From Burkholderiaceae bacterium (GTDB lineage: Bacteria; Pseudomonadota; Gammaproteobacteria; Burkholderiales; Burkholderiaceae_D), in contig JAMNXS010000001.1 in assembly GCA_023653025.1 (NCBI GenBank), forward strand, positions 10,490 to 74,489: 64,000 nt of DNA. The letters are read 5' to 3'. Below the pieces are notes generated by a model. The model made no database searches. It saw only the letters and a program-made list of their open reading frames with translations, and was not told the DNA's origin. Below are positions 9,719 to 19,455 of this stretch, one piece after another. A program made the position numbers and the translations under genes. The stretch's first letter is position 1. Each line of letters opens with the position of its first letter.

Positions 9719-10225
9719 TCAGCCGGCGCGTGCCTTGCCGGCGTCCGGCGCGCCACCCTTGGCGGCAGCTTTGGCATCAACATCGATCTCGTCGATCGCC
9801 TCGCGGAACTCGGCCACGTCCTCGAAGCTGCGGTAGACGGAGGCAAAGCGGACGTAGGCGATCTTGTCGAGCCGCTTGAGCTCGCGCATCACGAGTTCGC
9901 CGATCTGGCCGGACAGGATCTCTCGCTCGCCGGACGAGCGCAGCTTTTCCTCGATGCGCAGGATCGCGGCATCGACCGCGTCGGCCGACACCGGACGCTT
10001 GCGCAGGGCCAGCATCAGGCTGGCGCGCAGCTTGGCCGGCTCGAAGTCGGTGCGGCTGCCGTTTTTCTTGACGATGACCGGCATCGCGAGTTCGACCCGC
10101 TCATAGGTGGTGAAGCGCTTGTCGCAGGCATTGCAACGGCGGCGGCGGCGAATGCTGTCGCCCTCCTCCGAGGCCCGGGTGTCGAGCACCTGCGTGTCTT
10201 CGCTGTGGCAGAAAGGGCAACGCAT
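9719..10225 (-). CDS. nrdR: Transcriptional repressor NrdR
   Basis: [31 protein letters not shown]. Confidence 0.97.
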   Translation of the reverse strand: MRCPFCHSEDTQVLDTRASEEGDSIRRRRRCNACDKRFTTYERVELAMPVIVKKNGSRTDFEPAKLRASLMLALRKRPVSADAVDAAILRIEEKLRSSGEREILSGQIGELVMRELKRLDKIAYVRFASVYRSFEDVAEFREAIDEIDVDAKAAAKGGAPDAGKARAG

Positions 10226-10270
10226 TGTCAGTCGTCCGTCGTCGAAATCATGGCGCGGCCCTGCGGTCGG

Positions 10271-11521
10271 TCAGCGCTGGTAGACCGGGAAAGCGTCGGT
10301 CAGCTGTTTGACCTCGGCCCTGACGCGCTCGAGGCTGGCCGCGTCGTGCGGGTTGTCGAGTACGTCGGCGATCAGGTGGCCGACCTTCGCCGCCCCGGCT
10401 TCCCGGAAGCCGCGCGTCGTCATCGCCGGGCTGCCGAGGCGGATGCCGGAGGTGACGAAAGGCTTCTCCGGATCGTTCGGTATGCCGTTCTTGTTGCAGG
10501 TGATGTGCGCGCTGCCGAGGATGGCTTCGGCTTCCTTACCGGTCAGCTTCTTCGGGCGCAAATCGACCAGCATCACGTGCGACTCGGTACGGCCGGAGAC
10601 GATGCGCAGGCCGCGCTCGATCAGCGCCTTGGCCAGCGCATCGGCGTTCTTGACGACCTGCTGCTGGTAGGCCCTGAATTCCGGCGACAGCGCTTCCTTG
10701 AACGCGACGGCCTTGCCGGCGATGACGTGCATCAGCGGGCCGCCCTGCAGGCCGGGGAAGATCGCGCTGTTGATCTTCTTCGCGATCTCTTCGTCGTTCA
10801 TCAGGATGATGCCGCCGCGCGGGCCGCGCAGGCTCTTGTGCGTGGTCGAGGTGACGACGTCGGCAAACGGCACCGGGTTCGGATAGACGCCGCCGGCGAT
10901 CAGGCCCGAGTAGTGCGCCATGTCGACCAGAAACAGCGCGCCGACGTCCTTCGCCACTTTCTGGAAGCGGGCCCAGTCGATCTTCAGCGCATAGGCGGAA
11001 GCGCCGGCGATGATCAGCTTCGGCTTCTTCTCGTGCGCGAGACGCTCCATCTGGTCGTAGTCGATTTCTTCCTTGTCGTTCAGCCCGTAGGAGACGACAT
11101 TGAACCACTTGCCCGACATGTTCAGCGCCATGCCGTGCGTCAGATGGCCGCCCTCGGCCAGCGACATGCCCATGATGGTGTCGCCCGGCTGCAGGAAGGC
11201 CAGCATCACGGCCTGGTTGGCCTGCGAGCCGGAATTGGCCTGGACGTTGGCGAATTTCGCGCCGTAGAGTTCCTTCAGGCGGTCGATGGCGAGCCGCTCG
11301 GCGACGTCGACGAATTCACAGCCGCCGTAGTAGCGCTTGCCCGGGTAGCCCTCGGCATACTTGTTGGTGAGTTGCGAGCCCTGCGCCTCCATCACCGCCG
11401 GCGACGCATAGTTTTCGGAGGCGATCAGCTCGATGTGATCCTGCTGACGCTGGTTTTCCTGCTGGATGGCCGTCCACAGTTCGGGATCGACGCTGGCAAT
11501 CGTGTGCTGGCTTGAAAACAT
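10271..11521 (-). CDS. glyA: Serine hydroxymethyltransferase
   Basis: [36 protein letters not shown]. Confidence 0.98.
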   Translation of the reverse strand: MFSSQHTIASVDPELWTAIQQENQRQQDHIELIASENYASPAVMEAQGSQLTNKYAEGYPGKRYYGGCEFVDVAERLAIDRLKELYGAKFANVQANSGSQANQAVMLAFLQPGDTIMGMSLAEGGHLTHGMALNMSGKWFNVVSYGLNDKEEIDYDQMERLAHEKKPKLIIAGASAYALKIDWARFQKVAKDVGALFLVDMAHYSGLIAGGVYPNPVPFADVVTSTTHKSLRGPRGGIILMNDEEIAKKINSAIFPGLQGGPLMHVIAGKAVAFKEALSPEFRAYQQQVVKNADALAKALIERGLRIVSGRTESHVMLVDLRPKKLTGKEAEAILGSAHITCNKNGIPNDPEKPFVTSGIRLGSPAMTTRGFREAGAAKVGHLIADVLDNPHDAASLERVRAEVKQLTDAFPVYQR

Positions 11522-11682
11522 CGGGAAGCTCCAATCGGTGCAAAGTGAAGTGATTCAATCCATGGGGCCGCACGTTGGGCCAACCGGGGGACCAACGAGG
11601 GGACCGAGCCCGGCGCTGACTGGGCATGCGGGCGTGCGGCAGCCTGTGCGATGTTCCCGAGACCTCGCGGTCCCTGTGACAG

Positions 11683-11790
11683 CTGCCCGGGCGTACGGCG
11701 GTTGGCGGCTCTCGCACTCCCCAGCGGGTGCTCCGTCGCGCCGGCTGGGGGCCGTGGGCTGGGGGCCGACTATGCGCCAGTCATGCGAGA
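11683..11790 (-). promoter_or_regulatory. ZMP/ZTP (pfl motif) riboswitch
   Basis: Minus strand reads TCTCGCATGACTGGCGC...CGCTGGGGAGTGCGAGA...GCCGTACGCCCGGGCAG. This matches the ZTP aptamer (P1 with GACUGG, GGGGAG, terminal GCCG..CGCCYGGG hairpin); upstream of glyA is a known location. Confidence 0.88.
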
Positions 11791-11921
11791 CAAAATGGAC
11801 TCAGATTCTAGAGGACAGGCCGGTTTTCGGCAACATTGCATGGATTTTCCCGAGGAGGATTCGGCTACAATGCGTTGTTTTACTGACCCACCAGTAACTA
11901 GCATTTCGCAGAGGCTTCAGC

Positions 11922-12671
11922 ATGATCGTACTCGTCACCGGCGCCAGTTCCGGCTTCGGCGCAGGGATTGCCCGCAAATTCGTCCACCACGGTCACCGCG
12001 TGATCGCAGCCGCGCGCCGCACCGACCGCCTGCAGGCGCTTGCGGCCGAACTCGGCAGCCAGCTGCTGCCGGTGGCGCTGGATGTGACGGACAAGGCCGC
12101 CATCGACCACATGCTGGCCGGCCTGCCGGCCGACTGGCGCGAGATCGACGTGCTGGTCAACAACGCCGGCCTCGCGCTCGGTCTCGAACCGGCGCAGGAC
12201 GCGCATCTCGCCGACTGGGAAACCATGATCGCCACTAACTGCCAGGGCCTGGTCTGGATGACCCGCGCCCTGCTGCCGTCCATGGTGGCGCGCGGCAGCG
12301 GGCTAGTCATCAATATCGGCTCGGTGGCAGGCCACTATCCCTACCCAGGCGGCAATGTCTACGGGGCGACCAAGGCCTTCGTCGAACAGTTCACACTGAA
12401 CCTGCGCGCCGACCTGGTCGGCACCGGCGTGCGGGCGACCAACCTGGCCCCCGGAATGTCCGGCGGCACCGAGTTTTCGAACGTGCGCTTCAAGGGCGAC
12501 GATGCCGCCGCTGCCAAGGTCTACCAGGGCACGCAGCCGCTGACCGCCGATGACGTGGCCGAGGCTGCATGGTGGGTCGCCAGCCTGCCGCCGCACGTGA
12601 ACATCAACCAGATCGAGATGATGCCGACCTGCCAGGGGTTTTCGCCGTTCACGGTGCGGCGCAACGCATGA
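11922..12671 (+). CDS. SDR family NADP-dependent dehydrogenase (YdfG-like)
   Basis: TGASSGFG, NNAGLALG, YGATK motifs. Confidence 0.9.
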   Translation: MIVLVTGASSGFGAGIARKFVHHGHRVIAAARRTDRLQALAAELGSQLLPVALDVTDKAAIDHMLAGLPADWREIDVLVNNAGLALGLEPAQDAHLADWETMIATNCQGLVWMTRALLPSMVARGSGLVINIGSVAGHYPYPGGNVYGATKAFVEQFTLNLRADLVGTGVRATNLAPGMSGGTEFSNVRFKGDDAAAAKVYQGTQPLTADDVAEAAWWVASLPPHVNINQIEMMPTCQGFSPFTVRRNA

Positions 12672-13102
12672 ACGCCGCCTTCCGCTGGCCCGTGCGCGTG
12701 TACTTCGAGGACACCGACACCGGCGGCATCGTGTTCTACGCGAACTACCTGAAGTTTTTTGAGCGCGCCCGCACCGAGTGGCTGCGCGCCGCCGGCATCG
12801 GGCAGCAGGCGCTGGCGGAACGGGCGCGACGCATGTTCGTCGTCAAAAGCACGGCCGTCGACTATCACGCGCCCGCGCGGCTCGACGACCGGCTGGACAT
12901 CACGGTCGTCGTGCAAAAGCTGGGCCGGGCCACGGTGAATTTTTATCAAGAGGCCTGGCTGGCCGACGCCGAATCGCCGCGACTTCTGTGCAGCGGCAGC
13001 ATCCGCGTCGGCTGCGTGGATACCCTCACGCTGAGGCCCGGTGCGATTCCGGCCGAAATCGGCGTGGCGCTACGCGGTTTCATGACGCAGATCAGCGACT
13101 GA
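12668..13102 (+). CDS. ybgC: Tol-Pal-associated acyl-CoA thioesterase
   Basis: RVYFEDTDTGGIVFYANYLKFFERARTEWL; first gene of the tol operon. Confidence 0.93.
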   Translation: MNAAFRWPVRVYFEDTDTGGIVFYANYLKFFERARTEWLRAAGIGQQALAERARRMFVVKSTAVDYHAPARLDDRLDITVVVQKLGRATVNFYQEAWLADAESPRLLCSGSIRVGCVDTLTLRPGAIPAEIGVALRGFMTQISD

Positions 13103-13185
13103 ATGCACGCTGTCTTCGGCTTACAAGTCGTTTTCTTCTGGGTACAATCCCCAGCGGCCCTCCCACCACTCCAACCACACTCGCC

Positions 13186-13881
13186 ATGACCGTCACCCAA
13201 GACATGTCTTTCGTCGCCCTGATCAGCAACGCGTCGCTGCTCGTGCAGTTGGTCATGGCCCTGCTGCTGCTGGTGTCCGCGATGAGCTGGACCTACATCT
13301 TCCGAAAGGTATTCGCGATTCGCGGCGCCACCGCGCAGACCAACGCTTTCGAGAATGCCTTCTGGTCGGGCGCCAACCTCAACGCCCTGTACGAGGAAGT
13401 GACTGCAAACCGCCGCCGCAACGGGCGCAACGGCGCGCTCGAGCGCATCTTCGAGGCCGGCATGGAGGAGTACCGCAAGGCCCGAGTCTCGTTCAGCGGC
13501 AAGGACATCGACACCAGCGCGCTGCTGGACGGCGCGCGCCGCGCGATGCGCGCGGCCTACCAGCGCGAAATGGACGCGCTGGAGTCGCACCTGTCCTTCC
13601 TCGCCTCGGTCGGCTCGGTGTCGCCGTATGTCGGACTGTTCGGCACGGTGTGGGGCATCATGAATTCCTTCCGCGGGCTGGCCAACGTGCAGCAGGCAAC
13701 GCTGGCGGCGGTCGCGCCGGGCATCGCCGAGGCGCTGGTCGCCACCGCCATCGGCCTGTTCGCCGCGATCCCCGCGGTCGTCGCCTACAACCGCTTCTCG
13801 CACGACATCGACCGCCTCGCGATCCGCTTCGAGAGCTTCATCGAGGAATTCTCGAACATCCTGCAAAGGCAGGCGCGCTGA
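13186..13881 (+). CDS. tolQ: Tol-Pal system protein TolQ
   Basis: LASVGSVSPYVGLFGTVWGIMNSF, APGIAEALVATAIGLFAAIPAV. Confidence 0.96.
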   Translation: MTVTQDMSFVALISNASLLVQLVMALLLLVSAMSWTYIFRKVFAIRGATAQTNAFENAFWSGANLNALYEEVTANRRRNGRNGALERIFEAGMEEYRKARVSFSGKDIDTSALLDGARRAMRAAYQREMDALESHLSFLASVGSVSPYVGLFGTVWGIMNSFRGLANVQQATLAAVAPGIAEALVATAIGLFAAIPAVVAYNRFSHDIDRLAIRFESFIEEFSNILQRQAR

Positions 13882-14303
13882 TGGCCATGCACTCCACCAT
13901 GCGCGGCGGCAAAGGCCGCAAATTCAAGTCAGAGATCAATGTCGTTCCGTACATTGATGTCATGCTCGTGCTGCTGGTGATTTTCATGGTGGTGGCGCCG
14001 CTGACGCCGCCGAACACGATCAACCTGCCGAAGGCCGGCCGGTCGACCCAGCCTCCCGCCGAGTATATCGAGGTCGAACTGAAACCCGACGGCTCGGCGC
14101 GGGTGGGCATCCACGGGCAGCGCGTCGACACGGTCGCCAGCCGGCAGCAACTGGGGGAGCGGATGGCAAGCCTCTCGCGCAGTCATCCGGAACTGCCGTT
14201 GATGATCTCGGCCGACAAGGACATCAAGTACGACGAGGTCGTGCAAGCCATCACGCTGGCCAACAAGGCCGGCATAGGGCGCGTCGGCCTCGCGACCCGT
14301 TAA
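13881..14303 (+). CDS. tolR: TolR / ExbD family protein
   Basis: SEINVVPYIDVMLVLLVIFMV, ADKDIKYDEVV. Confidence 0.92.
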   Translation: MAMHSTMRGGKGRKFKSEINVVPYIDVMLVLLVIFMVVAPLTPPNTINLPKAGRSTQPPAEYIEVELKPDGSARVGIHGQRVDTVASRQQLGERMASLSRSHPELPLMISADKDIKYDEVVQAITLANKAGIGRVGLATR

Positions 14304-14321
14304 CCCGAGCCGAATACACTC

Positions 14322-15275
14322 GTGAACACGAACGCCGCCCCGTACCGCGTGCCGCCCGAACCGGGCCGCTGGCGCGCCTTCGTGCTGGCGATGCTGATGC
14401 ACGCGCTGCTGCTGGGCTTCCTGTGGATAGGCGTGTCGTGGCAGAGTACGACGCCGGTGGCCATCGAGGCCGAGATCTGGAGCCCGCAGGTGAAGCTGGC
14501 GGCCCCGCCGCCGCCGCCCGAGCCGCCGCCCGAACCGGCACCTCCTCCGAAGCCGGCGCTCAAGCCGGCGCCGCCCCCCAAGCCGGTGGCCGAGCCCGAG
14601 CCCAAGGCCAAGCTGCCGGACCCGGACATCGCGCTCGAGCGCGAAAAGAAGCGCAAGGAGGCGCTGGAGAAAAAGCAGGCCGAAGAGCAGGCACAACGCG
14701 AAGAAGCGCTCGAGAAGCAGCGCCAGGCCGAGCTCGAGAAGAAAAAGCTGGCTGACGAGCAGAAGCGCCGGCAAGAGGCCGCCGCGGAAGAAAAGCGCAA
14801 GCAGGCCGACGAAGAGAAACGCAAGCAGGCCGAGGAAGACAGGCGCCGGCTGGCAGAGGAAGAGAAGCGCAGACAGGAAGAGACCGTGGTCGAGCAGCGC
14901 GCGAAGAAGCGGCGCGAGGACGAACTCAAGCGGCTGCAGGCGCTGGCCGGCGAGGGCACGGCGGGCGACGCTGAGAAAGCGGCAAGCCCGCGGCTCGACC
15001 CCGGTTACGCGCGCCTGATCGCTGCAAAAATAAAATCCAATACAATATTGCCGCCGCTGAACGAGATTGCGGGCAACCCGGCCGTCGAGTATGTGATCGA
15101 CCTGCTGCCCGACGGCAGCGTGCGGGAGGTCAAGCTGCTGCGTTCGTCGGGCATTCCGGCGTTTGACCAGGCAGTCCGGCGCGCGATAGACCGCGCGGCG
15201 CCGTTCCCGGCCGACCCTGCCTCGGGCAAGGTGCCGGGCAGCATGGCCATCTCGCACCGACCGAAGGACCAATGA
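14322..15275 (+). CDS. tolA: Cell envelope integrity protein TolA
   Basis: N-terminal TM with H, Pro-rich linker, K/E/A-rich coil, C-terminal SSGIPAFDQAVRRAI domain. Confidence 0.9.
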   Translation: MNTNAAPYRVPPEPGRWRAFVLAMLMHALLLGFLWIGVSWQSTTPVAIEAEIWSPQVKLAAPPPPPEPPPEPAPPPKPALKPAPPPKPVAEPEPKAKLPDPDIALEREKKRKEALEKKQAEEQAQREEALEKQRQAELEKKKLADEQKRRQEAAAEEKRKQADEEKRKQAEEDRRRLAEEEKRRQEETVVEQRAKKRREDELKRLQALAGEGTAGDAEKAASPRLDPGYARLIAAKIKSNTILPPLNEIAGNPAVEYVIDLLPDGSVREVKLLRSSGIPAFDQAVRRAIDRAAPFPADPASGKVPGSMAISHRPKDQ

Positions 15276-15294
15276 CCTCTGGACAGGCTTCCCG

Positions 15295-16566
15295 ATGAAA
15301 AGAACTTTCCTGAAGCTGATCTCCGTCGCGTGCCTCGCCCCGTGGGTGCCGGCCGCGCGCGCCCAGCTGCGCGTCGAGATCTCGGGCGTGGGCGCGAATC
15401 AGATACCGATCGCCATTGGCCAGTTCTGGGACGACCCGGCCGGCGAGAACCAGATCAGCGCCATCGTCAAGGCCGACCTGAAGCGCAGCGGCGTCTTCCG
15501 CATCATCGACACGACCGATCTCGTGCGCGAGAACGCGCCGCCGAATGACGCAGAATGGAAGTCGCGCGGCGCCGACGCGCTGGTCGGCGGCAGCCTGCGC
15601 CGCGCCGGCGACGGCCGCATCGAAATGAACTACCGGCTGCGCGACACCGTGAAGGCGGCCGACCTGTCAGCGCTCTCGCTGGCCGTGCAACCACAGTTCG
15701 CCCGCCTCGCGGCGCACCGGATCGCCGACGACATCTTCGAGAAAATGACCGGCATCCGCGGCGCCTTCGCGACCCGCATCGCCTATGTCGGACGCAGCGG
15801 CAGCGAACACCGGCTCGAAATCGCCGATTCCGACGGCGAAAACGCCTTCATCGCGCTGCGCTCGACCGAGCCGGTAATCTCGCCAACCTGGTCGCCGGAC
15901 GGCACGCGGCTGGCTTATGTATCTTTCGAGAGCAAGAAGCCGGTCATCTACGTGCAAGACCTCGCCACGCGCCGCCGCACGGCCGTCGCCAACTTCAAGG
16001 GCAGCAATTCCGCACCGGCCTGGTCGCCGGACGGCCGCCGGCTGGCGATTGCGCTCTCGCGCGAAGGCCTGACCCAGATCTACCTGATGAACGCCGACGG
16101 CGGCGACCTGCGCCGCCTGACCAACACCGCCGGCATCGACACCGAGCCCTGCTTCGGCCCTGATGGCCAGACCATCTACTTCACCAGCGACCGCAGCGGC
16201 GGCCCGCAGATCTTCCGCATGAACGCCGACGGCGGCGACGTGCGGAGGGTTACGTTTAACGGCAGCTACAACATCAGCCCGGCGATATCGCCGGACGGTA
16301 GAATGCTGGCTTACGTGTCCCGGCGCGATGGGCGCTTCCAGTTGTACGTGCTGGATCTTGCCACCTCTCAGGAAATCCGCCTGTCCGACGGCGCGCGCGA
16401 CGAATCGCCCAGTTTTGCGCCAAACGGCCGCTACATCATGTTCGCCAGCGAGGCCGGCGGCCGCGGCACGCTGTCGGTAGTGGCGGTGGACGGCAGCGCC
16501 CGATACAGCCTCAGTGCAAGAACCTCCAACATTCGTGAACCGGCCTGGGGGCCATTCACGAAGTAA
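15295..16566 (+). CDS. tolB: Tol-Pal beta-propeller protein TolB
   Basis: Repeated PAWSPDG / PTWSPDG WD40-like motifs, signal peptide. Confidence 0.96.
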   Translation: MKRTFLKLISVACLAPWVPAARAQLRVEISGVGANQIPIAIGQFWDDPAGENQISAIVKADLKRSGVFRIIDTTDLVRENAPPNDAEWKSRGADALVGGSLRRAGDGRIEMNYRLRDTVKAADLSALSLAVQPQFARLAAHRIADDIFEKMTGIRGAFATRIAYVGRSGSEHRLEIADSDGENAFIALRSTEPVISPTWSPDGTRLAYVSFESKKPVIYVQDLATRRRTAVANFKGSNSAPAWSPDGRRLAIALSREGLTQIYLMNADGGDLRRLTNTAGIDTEPCFGPDGQTIYFTSDRSGGPQIFRMNADGGDVRRVTFNGSYNISPAISPDGRMLAYVSRRDGRFQLYVLDLATSQEIRLSDGARDESPSFAPNGRYIMFASEAGGRGTLSVVAVDGSARYSLSARTSNIREPAWGPFTK

Positions 16567-16608
16567 AAATAACAGCAAGATTTTTCAAACCAACCAGGGA
16601 GAACAACC

Positions 16609-17166
16609 ATGCGTGGATTTCAAACCAGCGCACTACTTGCAGCGATCCTGATGCTCGCATCGGCCTGCTCGACTGTGAAGCTAGACGACAAGGCGCCGAT
16701 CGAAAACCGCGTCCCGAGCGGTGTGGATTCATCGACCGCGCCAGCCTCCGTGCCCGCGCCGTCGTCCGGCGCCGCCGCCTCCGGCGATGCATCGAAAAAC
16801 GCGCGCTCGAACGACCCGCTGGACGATCCGGCCAGCGTGCTGTCCAAGCGCAGCATCTATTTCGACCTCGACAGCTACGCCATCAAGGAAGAGTTCAAGT
16901 CCGTCATCGAAGCTCACGGCAAGTACCTGTCCGGCCGTCCGGACCGCAAGGTCGTGATCCAGGGCCATACCGACGAGCGCGGCGGCAGCGAGTACAACCT
17001 TGCCCTCGGCCAGAAGCGTGCCGAGGCCGTGCGCCGCGCGCTGGCGCTGGCCGGCGCCAAGGACGCGCAAATGGAAGCCATCTCGTTCGGCAAGGAAAAG
17101 CCGAAGGCGACCGGCAGTAGCGAGGAAGCGTGGGCACAGAACCGCCGCGCCGACATCGCTTACTGA
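16609..17166 (+). CDS. pal: Peptidoglycan-associated lipoprotein
   Basis: Lipobox LASAC, GHTDERGGSEYNLALGQKRA, NRRA. Confidence 0.96.
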   Translation: MRGFQTSALLAAILMLASACSTVKLDDKAPIENRVPSGVDSSTAPASVPAPSSGAAASGDASKNARSNDPLDDPASVLSKRSIYFDLDSYAIKEEFKSVIEAHGKYLSGRPDRKVVIQGHTDERGGSEYNLALGQKRAEAVRRALALAGAKDAQMEAISFGKEKPKATGSSEEAWAQNRRADIAY

Positions 17167-17174
17167 TCCGATCG

Positions 17175-17951
17175 ATGAACGCCTCATCCCGGGTTCTGAG
17201 CGCCGCCGCCGTGGCGGCGCTTTTCATTCTGGCGCCGATGCAAGCGCATGCGCTGATCGAGGATACCGACGCGCGCCGCGAGATCATCAGGCTACGCAAG
17301 CTGGTCGAGGACCTCAGCGTGAAGATCGACCCGCTGGTGGCACGCACCGACGGCAAGGCCGACACCAAGAGCGTGCTCAACCTGGGCAGCGAAATCGAGC
17401 GCCTGCGGGCCGACATCGCCGAGTTGCGTGGGCAGATCGAGCTGCTGTCGAACGACCTGGCCAACGCCCAGCGCCGCCAGCGCGACCTGTACGCCGACGT
17501 CGACCAGCGACTGCGCGCGATCGAGACCAGGACGGCCCAGGCGGCGGCAGCGGACAACCGGCAGGCGGAGCTCGCCGCCAGCGAGCAGCGGGCGTTCGAC
17601 GAAGGGCTGTCGCAGTTCAAGGCGGCCAACTACGGAGGTGCGATCCAGTTGCTGTCGGCTTTCCTTCAGCGCTACCCCGATTCGGTTTATCTGCCGCAGG
17701 CCTACTTCTGGCTGGGCAGCAGCCACTTTGCGCAGTTCGATTGCGCGAATGCGATGCCGGCCTTCCAGACCGTAGTCTCGCGCTTCGCGAGCAGCCCGCG
17801 CGCCGCCGATGCGATGCTCAACATCGCCATCTGCCAGCTTGACCGTAAGGACAAGGGCGCGGCGCGCGAAACGCTCGACAACCTGATCAGGAAGTATCCG
17901 AACTCCCCCGCGGCGAGCGCCGCGAGAGAGCGGCTCGCCGAGACGCGGTAA
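17175..17951 (+). CDS. cpoB: Tol-Pal system protein YbgF/CpoB
   Basis: Signal peptide, N-terminal coiled coil, TPR-like YFWLG and DAMLNIA; follows pal. Confidence 0.9.
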   Translation: MNASSRVLSAAAVAALFILAPMQAHALIEDTDARREIIRLRKLVEDLSVKIDPLVARTDGKADTKSVLNLGSEIERLRADIAELRGQIELLSNDLANAQRRQRDLYADVDQRLRAIETRTAQAAAADNRQAELAASEQRAFDEGLSQFKAANYGGAIQLLSAFLQRYPDSVYLPQAYFWLGSSHFAQFDCANAMPAFQTVVSRFASSPRAADAMLNIAICQLDRKDKGAARETLDNLIRKYPNSPAASAARERLAETR

Positions 17952-18087
17952 GACGGTCTTCGCTCGCCCGAGGCGCGCAGCGATCGGCATCAACGCGACT
18001 CGGCCGACAGCGCCATCGTCATTCCGCATTCGACTGCAGCCTTGGCGATCGAGCAGTGCAGATGGAGAGTGATGAACAGATTGGCGT

Positions 18088-18117
18088 TTGACAAAACAGA
18101 ATTTTGCTGAGTATAAT
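18088..18117 (+). promoter_or_regulatory. sigma70 promoter of tRNA-Lys
   Basis: Perfect TTGACA (18088-18093) and TATAAT (18112-18117), 18-nt spacer. Confidence 0.75.
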
Positions 18118-18128
18118 TTCGTTCTTTC

Positions 18129-18204
18129 GGGTCGTTAGCTCAGTTGGTAGAGCAGCGGACTTTTAATCCGTTGGTCGCAGGTTCGAGTCCCGCACGACCT
18201 ACCA
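18129..18204 (+). tRNA. tRNA-Lys (anticodon TTT)
   Basis: GGGTCGTTAGCTCAGTTGGTAGAGCAGCGGACTTTTAATCCGTTGGTCGCAGGTTCGAGTCCCGCACGACCTACCA; 76 nt, cloverleaf, encoded CCA. Confidence 0.98.
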
Positions 18205-18212
18205 GAAAAATG

Positions 18213-18238
18213 AAGGGGGCGCTTTAAAGCGCCCCCTT
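18213..18238 (+). terminator. Perfect 26-nt palindrome after tRNA-Lys, probable terminator or processing hairpin
   Basis: AAGGGGGCGCTTTAAAGCGCCCCCTT is its own reverse complement; U-tract weak. Confidence 0.55.
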
Positions 18239-18584
18239 ACTATTTACAGCGATGTGATGTGAACGTGATGCGCGCATCCCTCGCTCTCACATTGTTCGCG
18301 CGCCTTGGCAAGGCGTGACACGCACGCCTCCGGCCCTTGCGTTGCGCCCAAACACTCGCCTCCTCCACCGATCCTTGTGAGGAGTTGCACACGCCGGCAA
18401 TGATCCCCAGATTCAGCTGTACCAATTCCCCCCGGCTCAGCAAGGTATTCAACAAAACTTGCGATCCCGTGGCCGGGGTGTGTATGGTGGCGCTACGACT
18501 CACCCATTGACCGCTTGGTTAGGCCAAGTGCTCTATGGGCGGCAGGCCGCCTTCGGGCGGCTTTGTCATTTCTGGGGGTTCGGT

Positions 18585-19241
18585 ATGCGAACAATTGTCT
18601 ATGTAGACGGCTACAACCTCTACTACGGCTTGCTCAGAAAATCCAAGCTGAAGTGGCTAGATTTGTATTCGTTGTTCGATGATCATGTACTAGATGATCG
18701 CGCCAATTTACTTGAAGTGCGCTACTACACTTCTCCTGTGCTTGGGCGAATGGCCGACGATTCGCGATCGACGCAGCGACAGCGTACCTATCTTCAGGCA
18801 CTCAGAAAAATGTATCCAGCAAAGCTGGAGATCATTGAAGGAAGAATTCTTGCCACCACGCCTTATCAGCGCTTGGTCAGACCAATCCCTGAAGCTCCTT
18901 ACCTCGAAAAAGTGCAGGTCCTCGACTTCAATTAAAAAAAGACCGATGTAAACCTTGCCTCGGATATGTTGGCAGGAGCATGGACAGGCGCATTCGACCA
19001 AGCAGTTTTGTGTAGCAATGACTCTGATCTGGAGGGCGCATTTTCAACGATCAAGAAGCATCTTCCTCAACTTCGATTGGGTCTGGTTGCCCCAATACTT
19101 AGTGAAGATCATCGGCGTATTTCAAAAGACCTCTCGCAGCACGCTGATTGGTCAAAAATACTGAGTCAAGTCCATCTGATGAACTCACAACTTCCCGACC
19201 GGATTCCAAATTCTCGCTTGTGCAAGCCAGATACTTGGTGA
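18585..19241 (+). pseudogene. NYN (PIN-like, LabA/DUF88) domain protein interrupted by an in-frame TAA
   Basis: MRTIVYVDGYNLYY...DFN*KKTDVNLASDM...AVLCSNDSDL. TAA at 18933-18935 falls where a Glu of the EKxTDV motif is expected, and the frame continues to TGA 19241. Visibly AT-richer than flanks. Confidence 0.8.
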
Positions 19242-19455
19242 GTCGCCCCGTTTTTTCGGAGGCTCGAAGCTTTGAGAAAATCCAAGCTTAGCTATCCCAA
19301 ACTCATTGAAGCAATCTTCACCTCTGACACGTACAACGTCACGCACAGCCTGCTCGTGGTCGTTTGTTTCTCGCGCGACTGCGGCCGGAAGCATCGGCGT
19401 CAGCGAAAACTTCCTCGGCAAGAGCGAGCGCGGCAGCGGCACCGTCCAACAGCCG

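Noticed and set aside
9545-11515. 656-aa plus-strand ORF
   Set aside because: Antisense shadow of glyA/nrdR caused by high-GC codon bias.
14322-15275. Low-complexity EEKRKQA and Pro-rich repeats as a novel repeat protein
   Set aside because: Normal TolA linker and coiled-coil domain.
18636-19288. 14-nt direct repeat AGAAAATCCAAGCT at 18636 and 19275
   Set aside because: A single pair with no flanking similarity; a chance match or uninformative remnant cannot be excluded.
19185-19442. 85-aa minus-strand ORF between the NYN and DUF4331 genes
   Set aside because: No recognisable motif or RBS, and it overlaps the NYN 3' end.
18205-19455. Integrase or attR of a tRNA-Lys-targeting element
   Set aside because: No tyrosine or serine recombinase ORF, and no repeat of the tRNA 3' end found by eye.
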